Source of the DNA: a virus | Lineage: Duplodnaviria > Caudoviricetes | Virus record (IMG/VR): IMGVR_UViG_3300020187_001966 | Length of the DNA: 64,000 bases | Direction: 5' to 3' (one strand) | Shown: positions 35,046 to 44,051 of the stretch, piece after piece | How the letters are laid out: the number at the start of each line of letters is the position of its first letter | Numbering within the stretch: the stretch's first letter is position 1 | The notes under the pieces: model-generated | What the model was told of the DNA's origin: nothing | The model's input: only the letters and a program-made list of their open reading frames with translations | Database searches by the model: none | Translations under genes and position numbers: made by a program

Positions 35046-35969
35046 ATGCTTAAACCAGTTAATGAAAATCTAGACAGTGTTACAATAACAGATGTGGAAG
35101 ATCACAAACTGATTAGTAATGATGATCTAAATCGAGATCTTAAAAACTTAAAGAACTTTGATGCTGATGAGAATCGCAATAACTTTTATGGCAATCCTTT
35201 CCTATATCACTTTCAATTTAAAAACTTACTAAACTGTAAGCGTGAAAAAGGCAAAACTATTCATGAGCTGTATGCTGATAAACCAGCATGGAAAAAACTT
35301 ATAGATAGCGCACGTAAGCGTAACAGAGGCGGGCGTACTGCCGCAGGTAATATTTTTGAGTGCTTTAGAATTAATCTTGGTAGTATTGTAATGTTTAAAA
35401 GTACAACAGCCAAGTATCTATACAAGAAGTATTCAGTTAAAAGTGTATTAGATCCTACAGCAGGTTGGGGTGGACGTATGCTTGGTGCTTGGGCATTAGG
35501 CATTAACTATACTGGCATTGATACAAATACTAATATGAAATCAGCATATGATCGTATGATGAAGTATCTTAGCGGCTATAGTGAATTTAATAATCCACTA
35601 ATAGAAGAAGAACAATCTGGTAAATTAGAAATGATTTGGCAAAGCGCACTTGATGTAGACTTTAGTAAGTTAGAGTATGACTTTGTGTTAACAAGTCCTC
35701 CATATGTTAATCTAGAAATATATGAACACATGGAAGTATGGGATAGTGACGAAGCATTTTATAAAGGATTCTTCATTCCTATCTGGCAAAAGTGTGTTGA
35801 CAATATACAAGCAGGAGGACATGTGTGCTTTAACATTAGTCCTAAAATGTATGATGATGCTGTCGCAAACGGACTGCCAGTATGTGATGATGAAGAAGAC
35901 TTAAAGCAACAACTAGGCCAACAAACAGGCAAAAAGAAACAAGACAAAATATACATTTGGAAATGTTGA
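35046..35969 (+). CDS. DNA amino-methyltransferase (N4-C/N6-A type)
   Basis: Motif I LDPTAGWGGR, GIDTN; motif IV TSPPY. Confidence 0.85.
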   Translation: MLKPVNENLDSVTITDVEDHKLISNDDLNRDLKNLKNFDADENRNNFYGNPFLYHFQFKNLLNCKREKGKTIHELYADKPAWKKLIDSARKRNRGGRTAAGNIFECFRINLGSIVMFKSTTAKYLYKKYSVKSVLDPTAGWGGRMLGAWALGINYTGIDTNTNMKSAYDRMMKYLSGYSEFNNPLIEEEQSGKLEMIWQSALDVDFSKLEYDFVLTSPPYVNLEIYEHMEVWDSDEAFYKGFFIPIWQKCVDNIQAGGHVCFNISPKMYDDAVANGLPVCDDEEDLKQQLGQQTGKKKQDKIYIWKC

Positions 35970-35980
35970 AAGGAATTAAC

Positions 35981-36187
35981 TTGACAAATAGTGAACCATA
36001 TCGTAAAATAGATAATAATAATTGGGTTATTACTGTACAAGAACAGGGCGAAACAAAAGAGCTGTTTGTAGAATTTCCTCCTGATGCGCTTAATCAAGTA
36101 GGATGGGATGTAGGAGATACTCTTGTATGGCAAGAACTTGACCATGGAGCATGGAGTTTAACAAAGAAGGATGAAGATGAAACTTAG
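35981..36187 (+). CDS. AbrB/MazE/SpoVT-like DNA-binding protein
   Basis: LFVEFPPDALNQVGWDVGDTLVW; TTG start behind SD AAGGA (start uncertain). Confidence 0.6.
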   Translation: MTNSEPYRKIDNNNWVITVQEQGETKELFVEFPPDALNQVGWDVGDTLVWQELDHGAWSLTKKDEDET

Positions 36188-37070
36188 ATATAGTGAAGCG
36201 TTTTATAGCGTACAAGGCGAAGGTAAGTTTGTAGGAGTACCTAGTGTGTTCTTGCGTACTTTTGGTTGTAACTTTCGTTGTATGAACTTTGGCTTAAAGA
36301 ACGAGCCAATGCGTGATGTAAAACAAAAAGCAGGCATTATTCATAATGCTGAAGTACAAGGATTACTTGACGCAGGTGTACATGAAACAACTAAAGAGTT
36401 TACAGACCTGCCTATTATCCACACAGGTTGCGATACATACGCAAGTATCTATCCAGAGTTTAAACACTTTAATCGACAAGCAACTGTAGATGAAGTAGTT
36501 GAACACTTACTTAGTCTATTACCCGAAGGCAAATGGACAATGGACAATGGTCAAGACGTACATTTGATTATGACAGGCGGCGAACCATTGTTAGCATGGC
36601 AACGCCTGTATGTAGAACTATTTGAGCATCCACGCATGAAAGATTTAAAAAATGTTACATTTGAAACAAACACTACACAACATCTACACGACGAGTTATT
36701 CGAATATCTCAACAATAGCGACAGAATTACAGTCACTTGGAGTTGTTCCCCAAAACTTAGTGTCAGTGGAGAACCTTGGGAAACTGCTATTAAACCTGAT
36801 GTTGCTAGTGAGTACCAGTGTGTTACTGATAGCGACCTTTATCTTAAGTTTGTTGTGGCTACTGCTGACGACTTTGACGAAGTTACGAGGGCTGTGGAGG
36901 CTTACAGAAGTGCCGGGGTGGAATGTCCAGTATATCTTATGCCAATGGGCGGTCGCAGTGAAGAATATTCCCTCAACGTTAAAGACGTGGCTGAAGCGTG
37001 TATGGAAAGAGGATGGAGATTCACACCCAGACTACACATATCACTCTTCGGAAATGCCTGGGGAACTTAA
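36171..37070 (+). CDS. queE: 7-carboxy-7-deazaguanine synthase (radical SAM)
   Basis: FYSVQGEG, FLRTFGCNFRC, GCDT, TGGEP, FETN, CSPK, PRLH. Confidence 0.9.
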   Translation: MKMKLRYSEAFYSVQGEGKFVGVPSVFLRTFGCNFRCMNFGLKNEPMRDVKQKAGIIHNAEVQGLLDAGVHETTKEFTDLPIIHTGCDTYASIYPEFKHFNRQATVDEVVEHLLSLLPEGKWTMDNGQDVHLIMTGGEPLLAWQRLYVELFEHPRMKDLKNVTFETNTTQHLHDELFEYLNNSDRITVTWSCSPKLSVSGEPWETAIKPDVASEYQCVTDSDLYLKFVVATADDFDEVTRAVEAYRSAGVECPVYLMPMGGRSEEYSLNVKDVAEACMERGWRFTPRLHISLFGNAWGT

Positions 37071-37139
37071 ACAAAACGAACAGTTACGTAGGGCAATGGA
37101 AGCACCAATTAATTATGAGAAGATACGTAAAGAACTATA

Positions 37140-38246
37140 ATGATCGACGAGATATATAAATTCTGGAATATAACACCTGAGTATATCTTTAGTGACGAGT
37201 TTACAGGGTACGAAGACTTGTATCCTGAATTCGACAAACACACAAAAGAAACTTATGAACGTGATCCAGACGGTACCATAAATGCCGTCTTTGCTCTGTA
37301 TCGTACAAGAGGTATTGTTCCTATTATATACTATACTGAGACAGGACTAAAGACTGCTATACGTGAATTCTGTAATAAGTCATACAACAATGTCCAAGGA
37401 GATAGATTAGGGTTAGGCAATAATGCTGGACAAACTATCAATCGCTTTATCTTTACAAACATGCAAACAGCAGAGCCCAAGGGTCGTGGAAGTAACAGTC
37501 TTAAAGATAGGTTTTTTGATGATGCTAAACTAAAACGTGCTATACGTATTTGTTTTGAGTTTAGAGAAGGCAACAAGTTGTGTTATCCTACAGCAATGCG
37601 CAGAAGTCTAGAGCTAGTTACTGGAGAAAATGTAACTAACTTTAAAGCACAAAACGCCAAAAGTATTGTTGAGCGTCTGTGTCCAGTTATATGGGGTAAT
37701 GTATACGACTATAGTTGTGGTTATGGCGGACGTTTACTTGGTATTACTAGCAGTAACATGCGGTATAAGTATATTGGTACAGACCCAAACACAGAAACAT
37801 ATCAATATTTAAATTACTTAAACAGTATAATTGGCGGTAACGCAGAGATACATTGCCAAACATCACAGGACTTTCAACCAGAAGATATAGACTTAGCATT
37901 TAGTAGTCCTCCTTACTTTAACTTAGAAAAGTACAGTGATGAGCCTACACAGTGTATGGTACAATTTAATACACTGGACGAATGGTTTGATGGATATACT
38001 GTTCCTACTATGGAAAATATATACCGTGGATTAAATAATGATGGTATTTTTGCTACTAACATAGCAGATTACAAAACTACAAAAGATGAATTCAAAGTTG
38101 TAGATAGATGGATACAAACCGCAGAGAAGGTTGGGTTCAAACATACAGAAACAATTAAGATGATGCTTAACACACGGCCTGGTGTTGGCAATGATAAACT
38201 AGCAGGTCGAGAAAAGTGGGAAGGCGTATACGTCTTCACCAAATAA
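37140..38246 (+). CDS. Second DNA amino-methyltransferase
   Basis: YDYSCGYGGRLLG, GTDPN, FSSPPYFNLE. Confidence 0.85.
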   Translation: MIDEIYKFWNITPEYIFSDEFTGYEDLYPEFDKHTKETYERDPDGTINAVFALYRTRGIVPIIYYTETGLKTAIREFCNKSYNNVQGDRLGLGNNAGQTINRFIFTNMQTAEPKGRGSNSLKDRFFDDAKLKRAIRICFEFREGNKLCYPTAMRRSLELVTGENVTNFKAQNAKSIVERLCPVIWGNVYDYSCGYGGRLLGITSSNMRYKYIGTDPNTETYQYLNYLNSIIGGNAEIHCQTSQDFQPEDIDLAFSSPPYFNLEKYSDEPTQCMVQFNTLDEWFDGYTVPTMENIYRGLNNDGIFATNIADYKTTKDEFKVVDRWIQTAEKVGFKHTETIKMMLNTRPGVGNDKLAGREKWEGVYVFTK

Positions 38247-38258
38247 AAAGGTTAATAA

Positions 38259-39350
38259 ATGAACAACTATATTTTTACAAGCGAAAGTGTAAGTGACGGT
38301 CATCCAGATAAAGTAGCAGATCAGATATCTGATGCCCTGGTGGATGCTGGACTAGCTAATGGCGACGAGACAACTCGTGTTGCTGTTGAAACACTTGTAA
38401 CCACTAACCATGTAACGGTAGCGGGTGAAGTAAAGAACTTTAATGTAAACAACGTAAAAGAGATTATACGTGACAAAGTTAAAGAAATCGGATACGAACA
38501 AGACGGGTTCCATTGGGACAACTTAAACATCTACAATGAGATACACGCACAAAGTGGAGACATTGCTCTAGGCACAGACGACTTTGGAGCAGGAGATCAA
38601 GGACTAATGTTTGGCTATGCTTGTAATCATACAGACAGTATGATGCCAGCACCTATTCATTACAGTCACGAGATCTTAAAGAACTTGAAAAGCAAGCGTG
38701 GTAATATACTAGGACCAGATGCTAAGAGTCAAGTAAGTGTAGAGTACTATGGTGCTAGACGTGACGGTGTAATCAAACGCATTGATCAAGTCGTGATAAG
38801 TACTCAGCACACAGAAGGCAATGTACAAGAGGCTCGACACCTTTGTAAACTTGCCGCAATGGAAGAATTAGGAGATTTAGTCGATGAAAGAACTACATGG
38901 CATCTTAACCCTACTGGAAATTTCGTTATTGGCGGTCCTGACGGTGATGCTGGTGTTACTGGGCGAAAAATTATTGTTGATACTTATGGGGGTTTTGCTC
39001 CTCATGGTGGCGGTGCGTTTAGTGGCAAAGACCCAACAAAAGTCGACAGAAGTGCAGCCTACATGGCCAGATGGCTTGCGAAGAATGTAGTAGCAGACAG
39101 CATGGCAGACTGGTGTAATATCCAGTTATCTTATGCTATTGGTGTAAAAGAACCTACAAGCATTTATGTTGACAGTAATGGACACAATGCTAGTATTGCT
39201 AACTTTATTGAGCGTGAAATTGACTTAACCCCAAAAGGAATCATTGACAGATTTGATTTATTCAACTATACTAACTATAGCGAAAACTGCACATACGGAC
39301 ACTTTGGAAACAAAGATGTACCATGGGAAAGGATTGGATGGAATGCTTAA
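38259..39350 (+). CDS. metK: S-adenosylmethionine synthetase
   Basis: FTSESVSDGHPDK, GAGDQG, GPDAKSQ, GGPDGDAGVTGRK, GGAFSGKD. Confidence 0.96.
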   Translation: MNNYIFTSESVSDGHPDKVADQISDALVDAGLANGDETTRVAVETLVTTNHVTVAGEVKNFNVNNVKEIIRDKVKEIGYEQDGFHWDNLNIYNEIHAQSGDIALGTDDFGAGDQGLMFGYACNHTDSMMPAPIHYSHEILKNLKSKRGNILGPDAKSQVSVEYYGARRDGVIKRIDQVVISTQHTEGNVQEARHLCKLAAMEELGDLVDERTTWHLNPTGNFVIGGPDGDAGVTGRKIIVDTYGGFAPHGGGAFSGKDPTKVDRSAAYMARWLAKNVVADSMADWCNIQLSYAIGVKEPTSIYVDSNGHNASIANFIEREIDLTPKGIIDRFDLFNYTNYSENCTYGHFGNKDVPWERIGWNA

Positions 39351-39606
39351 TAAACTAAAAAACGTTTTTTCCAAAAGTAAAGAAGTAACAAAAGAGACTG
39401 CTATTGGTCCTTGGGTTAAAGTTATTGAAGTACATTTTGATAAAGAGAACCCAACACAAGGTTACTTTGAACTAGATTGGAACGAAGATTTTGTAGGACT
39501 GCTAGGAGAAGCTGGCTATGCTGGTGAGACACCTGAAAAAATTGTTGACTTATGGTTTAACGATTTGTGCCGCAGTGTCGCACTAGACGCTACTGGCGAA
39601 GACTAG
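39343..39606 (+). CDS. Conserved phage hypothetical protein
   Basis: Start at ATG 39343; GYFELDWN...WFNDLCR. Confidence 0.65.
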   Translation: MLNKLKNVFSKSKEVTKETAIGPWVKVIEVHFDKENPTQGYFELDWNEDFVGLLGEAGYAGETPEKIVDLWFNDLCRSVALDATGED

Positions 39607-39610
39607 AGCT

Positions 39611-39847
39611 ATGACGCCAATAGAGATATTCGAATATAAAAAGAACTGGCAACGTGGAACGTGCTACAGTGTACGTCTACATTCTGATCTCAGAGATCGT
39701 GGAAAAGAATGGTGCAAGGTTCAATTACTGTCGACACAATGGGACTTTAAAAAATACACTGATAACTATGAGGACACTTATATGTTTGAATATAAACAAG
39801 ATGCGGATAACTTTTCCACACAATGGCCGGAGTTTACTAACCAATGA
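39611..39847 (+). CDS. Hypothetical protein
   Basis: 78-aa ORF in operon. Confidence 0.6.
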   Translation: MTPIEIFEYKKNWQRGTCYSVRLHSDLRDRGKEWCKVQLLSTQWDFKKYTDNYEDTYMFEYKQDADNFSTQWPEFTNQ

Positions 39848-40314
39848 AAGTTAAAATTGGAAAATATCCTACTCATAGGTTCTATCACAACTGGTTATAC
39901 AACTGGTTTGGTTATAGTCAACAGCAACGAACAAGTATAAAGATTCACAAGTATGATACCTGGAGCATGGATAATACTCTTGCTCCTATTATCCTACCTA
40001 TGCTAGTACAACTAAACGCTACAAAAATTGGCGCTCCGATAGTAGATATGAAGGACGTTCCTAAAGAACTACGTGCTACTAAAAAAGAACTATCTGTATA
40101 CAGTAAAGGCGGTGAGACTGATCCAAAACATTTCGAACGTTGGGATTGGATCTTAGATGAAATGATCTGGGCATTTGAACAAAAGTGTCGTGATGATTGG
40201 ATGGAAAATTACGATTACAACAAGTGGGATAGCGAAGGAGTTAAGGCACATCAAGACCGTATGTCAAACGGATTTAAACTATTTGGAAAGTATTACGAAA
40301 ATTTATGGACGTAA
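39844..40314 (+). CDS. Conserved phage hypothetical protein
   Basis: YDTWSMD.TLA.IILPML...RWDWILDEMIWAF...GFKLFGKYY..LW. Confidence 0.75.
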   Translation: MKVKIGKYPTHRFYHNWLYNWFGYSQQQRTSIKIHKYDTWSMDNTLAPIILPMLVQLNATKIGAPIVDMKDVPKELRATKKELSVYSKGGETDPKHFERWDWILDEMIWAFEQKCRDDWMENYDYNKWDSEGVKAHQDRMSNGFKLFGKYYENLWT

Positions 40315-40983
40315 CTTACAATGCTTGTTATGGTTTCTATAGAAGTTAGGTGATTGTTTAGTAGTATGTCCACATTTAGTACAAGTAACAAGTTTAGGAT
40401 CTTTGTCAGTAAGGCGATTAGGATTATGCTTACAGCGATCCATATGCCAACGATTCATATTCTTATAGTCACCAGTTTTGTCGCAATGTGGGCAAGTAAG
40501 CGTAGTAGTATCCTGTAGACGATTACGCATATTGGCAATGTGTTCCTCAGATTTAGGAACACCTGCATGAGCAAGTCGTATTTTGTCTTTAGTTTCGCTA
40601 CTATGTGTCTTTCCAGTCATTGTGCCTCTACCTTGCATAGTGCGTTTGAAACTTGCTACTCTGTTAACAATATGCTCTTCAGACATAGGACCAGTAGGAA
40701 GGAACATGCCGTTGATATTCTTGTTTAACCATTTATCGCTTTTAAGTACGTTCAACTTCTCAAGGGCTTTACGCTCATGAAGTTTACACTTATTATCATC
40801 ATTGAACACTGTGCGAACTTGTATAATATCAGGTTCTCCGTGTTCTTTACGAAACGCTTTAACGTGTTTAGAGGAAGTGAAATATGTATTCCATAAATCG
40901 TCAGGTGAGCAATCTTTTGCCCAGCGAGCACCGTAGTAAAACTTATCGTGTTTGCTCCATCCTATTAGATATGTGTAAGCCAT
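40303..40983 (-). mobile_element. Free-standing GIY-YIG-like homing endonuclease with NUMOD3-like and Zn-ribbon segments
   Basis: YTYLIGW...YYGAR...YFTSS; GKTHSSETKDKIR; CPHC; start at ATG 40983 behind AAGGAG. Confidence 0.8.
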
Positions 40984-41011
40984 TGACAATCTCCTTTAAC
41001 CGTGTTATAGT

Positions 41012-41019
41012 TATTTATC
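41012..41019 (-). promoter_or_regulatory. T4-type late promoter for the endonuclease
   Basis: GATAAATA on the minus strand 29 nt upstream of the ATG. Confidence 0.6.
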
Positions 41020-41091
41020 ATTTGCGTAAGAAAATTTGTGGGACTAATAGTTCCAGCCAAAACTACACATATAATTTATGGGATTAAAGAT

Positions 41092-41388
41092 ATGAATGAA
41101 CAACAAAAAACCGACATTCAACAACAACTTAAACAAGGAGAAGTTGTTATTGAGTTTACTAAGATAAACGGCGACTATCGCAAGATGACATGTACACTTA
41201 GTAAAGATATTATTCCAAAAGCAACTAAGAAAGATCCGCTTACTGAAGAAAAAGTACGTAAGATTAATCCAGAAGTATGTGTTGTATATGATACCAATGC
41301 CAATGGCTGGCGCAGTTTTCGATGGGATACTTTAATTGATGCGTTGCCGGCAGAAGAAGATAGTTTAGATTTTGATGTACAAGATTAA
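41092..41388 (+). CDS. SH3-like WYL_2/DUF2693-type protein
   Basis: IEFTKINGDYRKMTCTL...VYD...GWRSFR. Confidence 0.75.
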   Translation: MNEQQKTDIQQQLKQGEVVIEFTKINGDYRKMTCTLSKDIIPKATKKDPLTEEKVRKINPEVCVVYDTNANGWRSFRWDTLIDALPAEEDSLDFDVQD

Positions 41389-41457
41389 AATAGTGCTTGA
41401 CAAACTACAAAATTTGTTTAATAATACACAAGAACAATAACAACAAGGACGATACCG

Positions 41458-41790
41458 ATGCCGATGATGTATAAGCAGCCTGTTTGCAGCAGGCGGTATG
41501 ACAGGTACAGTGCATATATGTTTCGTGACAAAAATGAAATGGATATGCGATTCAATCCAAGAAACTTGTTGTTAGAATTTTTACAGTATGATGCTGTAAA
41601 CTGGTTTGTTGAAAACGGTATTCCCCTAAGTGTTGAAACACACGAAGTACCTAAAACTATGGAGATGCAAGCCGATTTATTTGCTTCGTTTACAGCAGAG
41701 CAGCATAACCAGTGGCGTGAGAAAAAAATCATTGACAAACTGCAAAATTCGTATAATAATAAACAAGACAAAACAGATTATCCATTTTAA
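41458..41790 (+). CDS. Hypothetical protein
   Basis: SD AAGGA; TTGACA element at 41397. Confidence 0.6.
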   Translation: MPMMYKQPVCSRRYDRYSAYMFRDKNEMDMRFNPRNLLLEFLQYDAVNWFVENGIPLSVETHEVPKTMEMQADLFASFTAEQHNQWREKKIIDKLQNSYNNKQDKTDYPF

Positions 41791-41799
41791 GGACACAAT

Positions 41800-42780
41800 A
41801 TGACTTATATCCTAGTAGACTCGCTTAACATGTTTTATCGTGCACGTCACGTAGTACGTGGCGATGACATTGAAACTAAAATTGGCATGGCATATCACAT
41901 TATGTTTAGTGCTATCAACAAAGCATGGCGTGACTTTGACGGTACACATGTTGTATTTTGTTTTGAAGGACGTAGCTGGCGTAAGGATCATTATATTCCA
42001 TATAAAGATAATCGTAAAGTAGCTCGAGATGCTCTTACTCCACGTGAGCAAGAAGAGGACCAAAAGTTCTTTGCGGCATTTGATGAGCTTAAAGGCTTTA
42101 TTGAAAAACGTTCTAATTGTACAGTATTACAACATAAGCAATGTGAAGCAGATGACTTCATTGCACGTTGGATACAGAATCATCCTGATGATAAGCATGT
42201 TATTATTAGTAGTGACAGTGACTTTTATCAGCTAATTAATGAGAATGTAACACAGTATAATGGTATTACTAATCAACATATTTGTTTAGACGGTGTTTAT
42301 AATGACCGTGGTAAGCCTGTTATGGACAAGACGACTAAAGAGCAAAAGCAAATTGGCGACCCTTCATGGATACTATTTGAGAAGTGTATACGTGGCGACA
42401 CAAGTGATAATGTGTTTAGTGCGTATCCTGGTGCTCGTAAGAAAGGTACTAAGAACAAGATTGGATTACTGGAAGCATTTGCTGATAAAAACGACAAAGG
42501 CTTTAACTGGAATAACTTTATGTTACAAAAGTGGGTAGACCATGAAGGTGTAGAGCATCGTGTACTAGATGATTATCAACGTAATATGGAATTAATTGAC
42601 TTAACAGCACAGCCTGTAGGTATTAAAGAAGCACTTGATGAAACAATTGTTGAGCAAGTACAAAAAGATCCTAAAGCACAAGTAGGTATACACTTTATGA
42701 AGTTCTGTGGCAAGCATGACTTACAACGTGTAAGTCAACAAGCAGAAGCACATTCAGAATATCTGAATGCGTCCTACTAA
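41800..42780 (+). CDS. rnh: T4 RNase H-like 5'-3' exonuclease
   Basis: ILVDSLN, CFEGRSWRKD, YKDNR, EADD, ISSDSDF, GDTSDNV. Confidence 0.9.
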   Translation: MTYILVDSLNMFYRARHVVRGDDIETKIGMAYHIMFSAINKAWRDFDGTHVVFCFEGRSWRKDHYIPYKDNRKVARDALTPREQEEDQKFFAAFDELKGFIEKRSNCTVLQHKQCEADDFIARWIQNHPDDKHVIISSDSDFYQLINENVTQYNGITNQHICLDGVYNDRGKPVMDKTTKEQKQIGDPSWILFEKCIRGDTSDNVFSAYPGARKKGTKNKIGLLEAFADKNDKGFNWNNFMLQKWVDHEGVEHRVLDDYQRNMELIDLTAQPVGIKEALDETIVEQVQKDPKAQVGIHFMKFCGKHDLQRVSQQAEAHSEYLNASY

Positions 42781-43024
42781 GACTAAAGTAGCAGTGTTTC
42801 CACTTAGTGGAGATGCTGATCATTTTGATGTATGGTTAGAAAGTGAAGTAGGGTTGTGGATACAACTCAACGGAACAAACATAACCTATCATATGGAAGT
42901 AGATACAGACAATGCCAATTTTACCTCGATAATTGAGGCTGAATTAGATACTGAAACATATATAAAATATAGATTAATGTGGCCAGAAAATGAAATACAA
43001 AGCAAAGACAGTAATAGAAAATAA
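42767..43024 (+). CDS. Hypothetical protein
   Basis: 85-aa ORF overlapping neighbours. Confidence 0.55.
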   Translation: MRPTKTKVAVFPLSGDADHFDVWLESEVGLWIQLNGTNITYHMEVDTDNANFTSIIEAELDTETYIKYRLMWPENEIQSKDSNRK

Positions 43025-43460
43025 ATTTTGGATTGTAGAATCCAAAGGCAGTAAAGTTGGAACACTAAAAAGTTCTAATGATGGCTACGTATTTTATAAT
43101 AATATAAATAGTACAGAGACACTATACGCAGATATGTCTAGTTTCACAGTAGAAGAAAAGAAAACTAGAACCTACATTAACGACACTGTTTATGGATACT
43201 CTGCTAATACCGAACAAGCGCACGATATTTCACTACAAGATACAGTGCCTATTTTTAAGAAGACAGCCACAAGTACACAACATTTTGCGGCTGGTTACTA
43301 TGGGATTAAGTTCCCACGTCTTGGATGGAGCGATGCTTTTTGTCCTAGACTAAAGACATTAGACACATACCAATTTATTGGTCCGTTTAAGTCACAAACA
43401 GACGTCAACATGGCGATAAAAAGGAAAGCACAGGAGAATGAAATATCTAATAGCACTTAG
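42990..43460 (+). CDS. Conserved phage hypothetical protein
   Basis: KFWIVE...AAGYYGIKF...FCPRL.TL..Y.F.GPFK. Confidence 0.7.
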   Translation: MKYKAKTVIENKFWIVESKGSKVGTLKSSNDGYVFYNNINSTETLYADMSSFTVEEKKTRTYINDTVYGYSANTEQAHDISLQDTVPIFKKTATSTQHFAAGYYGIKFPRLGWSDAFCPRLKTLDTYQFIGPFKSQTDVNMAIKRKAQENEISNST

Positions 43461-43803
43461 CGCATGGTTACTATTGGTATTCACAGTAAGCAGTGCAAGT
43501 ACACAAGAACCAAATAATATGAAAACATTTATTACAAAACAGCCCTGTGCGCCAGTTGCAGATATGTTAAGAACACCAGCAAAGTATGGTGAAAGAATGT
43601 TGTTTACTGGAGAAGGAGTACAATTTAGTGCGGAAGATGGACGCCCATATAACGGCGGTGCTTTTTTCTTTACAAATCAAGATACAGGAACATGGACATT
43701 AATTAGTGTATATGGTGATGGTATTGCTTGTTTAGTAGCAAATGGAAAAAACTTCGAACCATATGTAGGCAAACAACCTTATGCTCCAAAGGATAATCTT
43801 TAA
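43438..43803 (+). CDS. Secreted/periplasmic protein with two Cys
   Basis: Sec-type signal peptide; SD AGGAG. Confidence 0.65.
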   Translation: MKYLIALSAWLLLVFTVSSASTQEPNNMKTFITKQPCAPVADMLRTPAKYGERMLFTGEGVQFSAEDGRPYNGGAFFFTNQDTGTWTLISVYGDGIACLVANGKNFEPYVGKQPYAPKDNL

Positions 43804-44000
43804 TGTGGGCATTAGTTTTTATATACTTCTATGACAGAACTCCTTATATTGAACCTATTACATTACACACAAGTATGGTAGAATGTTTCCATGCTAGAGA
43901 GGCATTAGCAGGCGAAGTAGGTAAAGGCGACGGTCATTTCAAAGCAGGACAACAGGCAATTTGTATTAACCTAATTGACGAAGAAGACGAAGAGCTATAA
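43803..44000 (+). CDS. Small protein, hydrophobic N-terminus, two Cys
   Basis: TAATG coupling; MWALVFI...ECF...QAIC. Confidence 0.6.
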   Translation: MWALVFIYFYDRTPYIEPITLHTSMVECFHAREALAGEVGKGDGHFKAGQQAICINLIDEEDEEL

Positions 44001-44015
44001 TTTAGTGCTACTTTA

Positions 44016-44022
44016 ATAAATA
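44016..44022 (+). promoter_or_regulatory. T4-type late promoter
   Basis: ATAAATA in gap, SD AAGGA, ATG 44052. Confidence 0.55.
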
Positions 44023-44051
44023 CTATTAACATAGTATAAAAAGGAAGCAAC

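Noticed and set aside
36652-37140. 162-aa +1-frame ORF, or a frameshifted QueE extension
   Set aside because: It overlaps queE by about 420 nt. QueE ends normally (GNAWGT*), and ACT-TAA is not a plausible +1 shift site. Only the last 28 codons are kept as a candidate.
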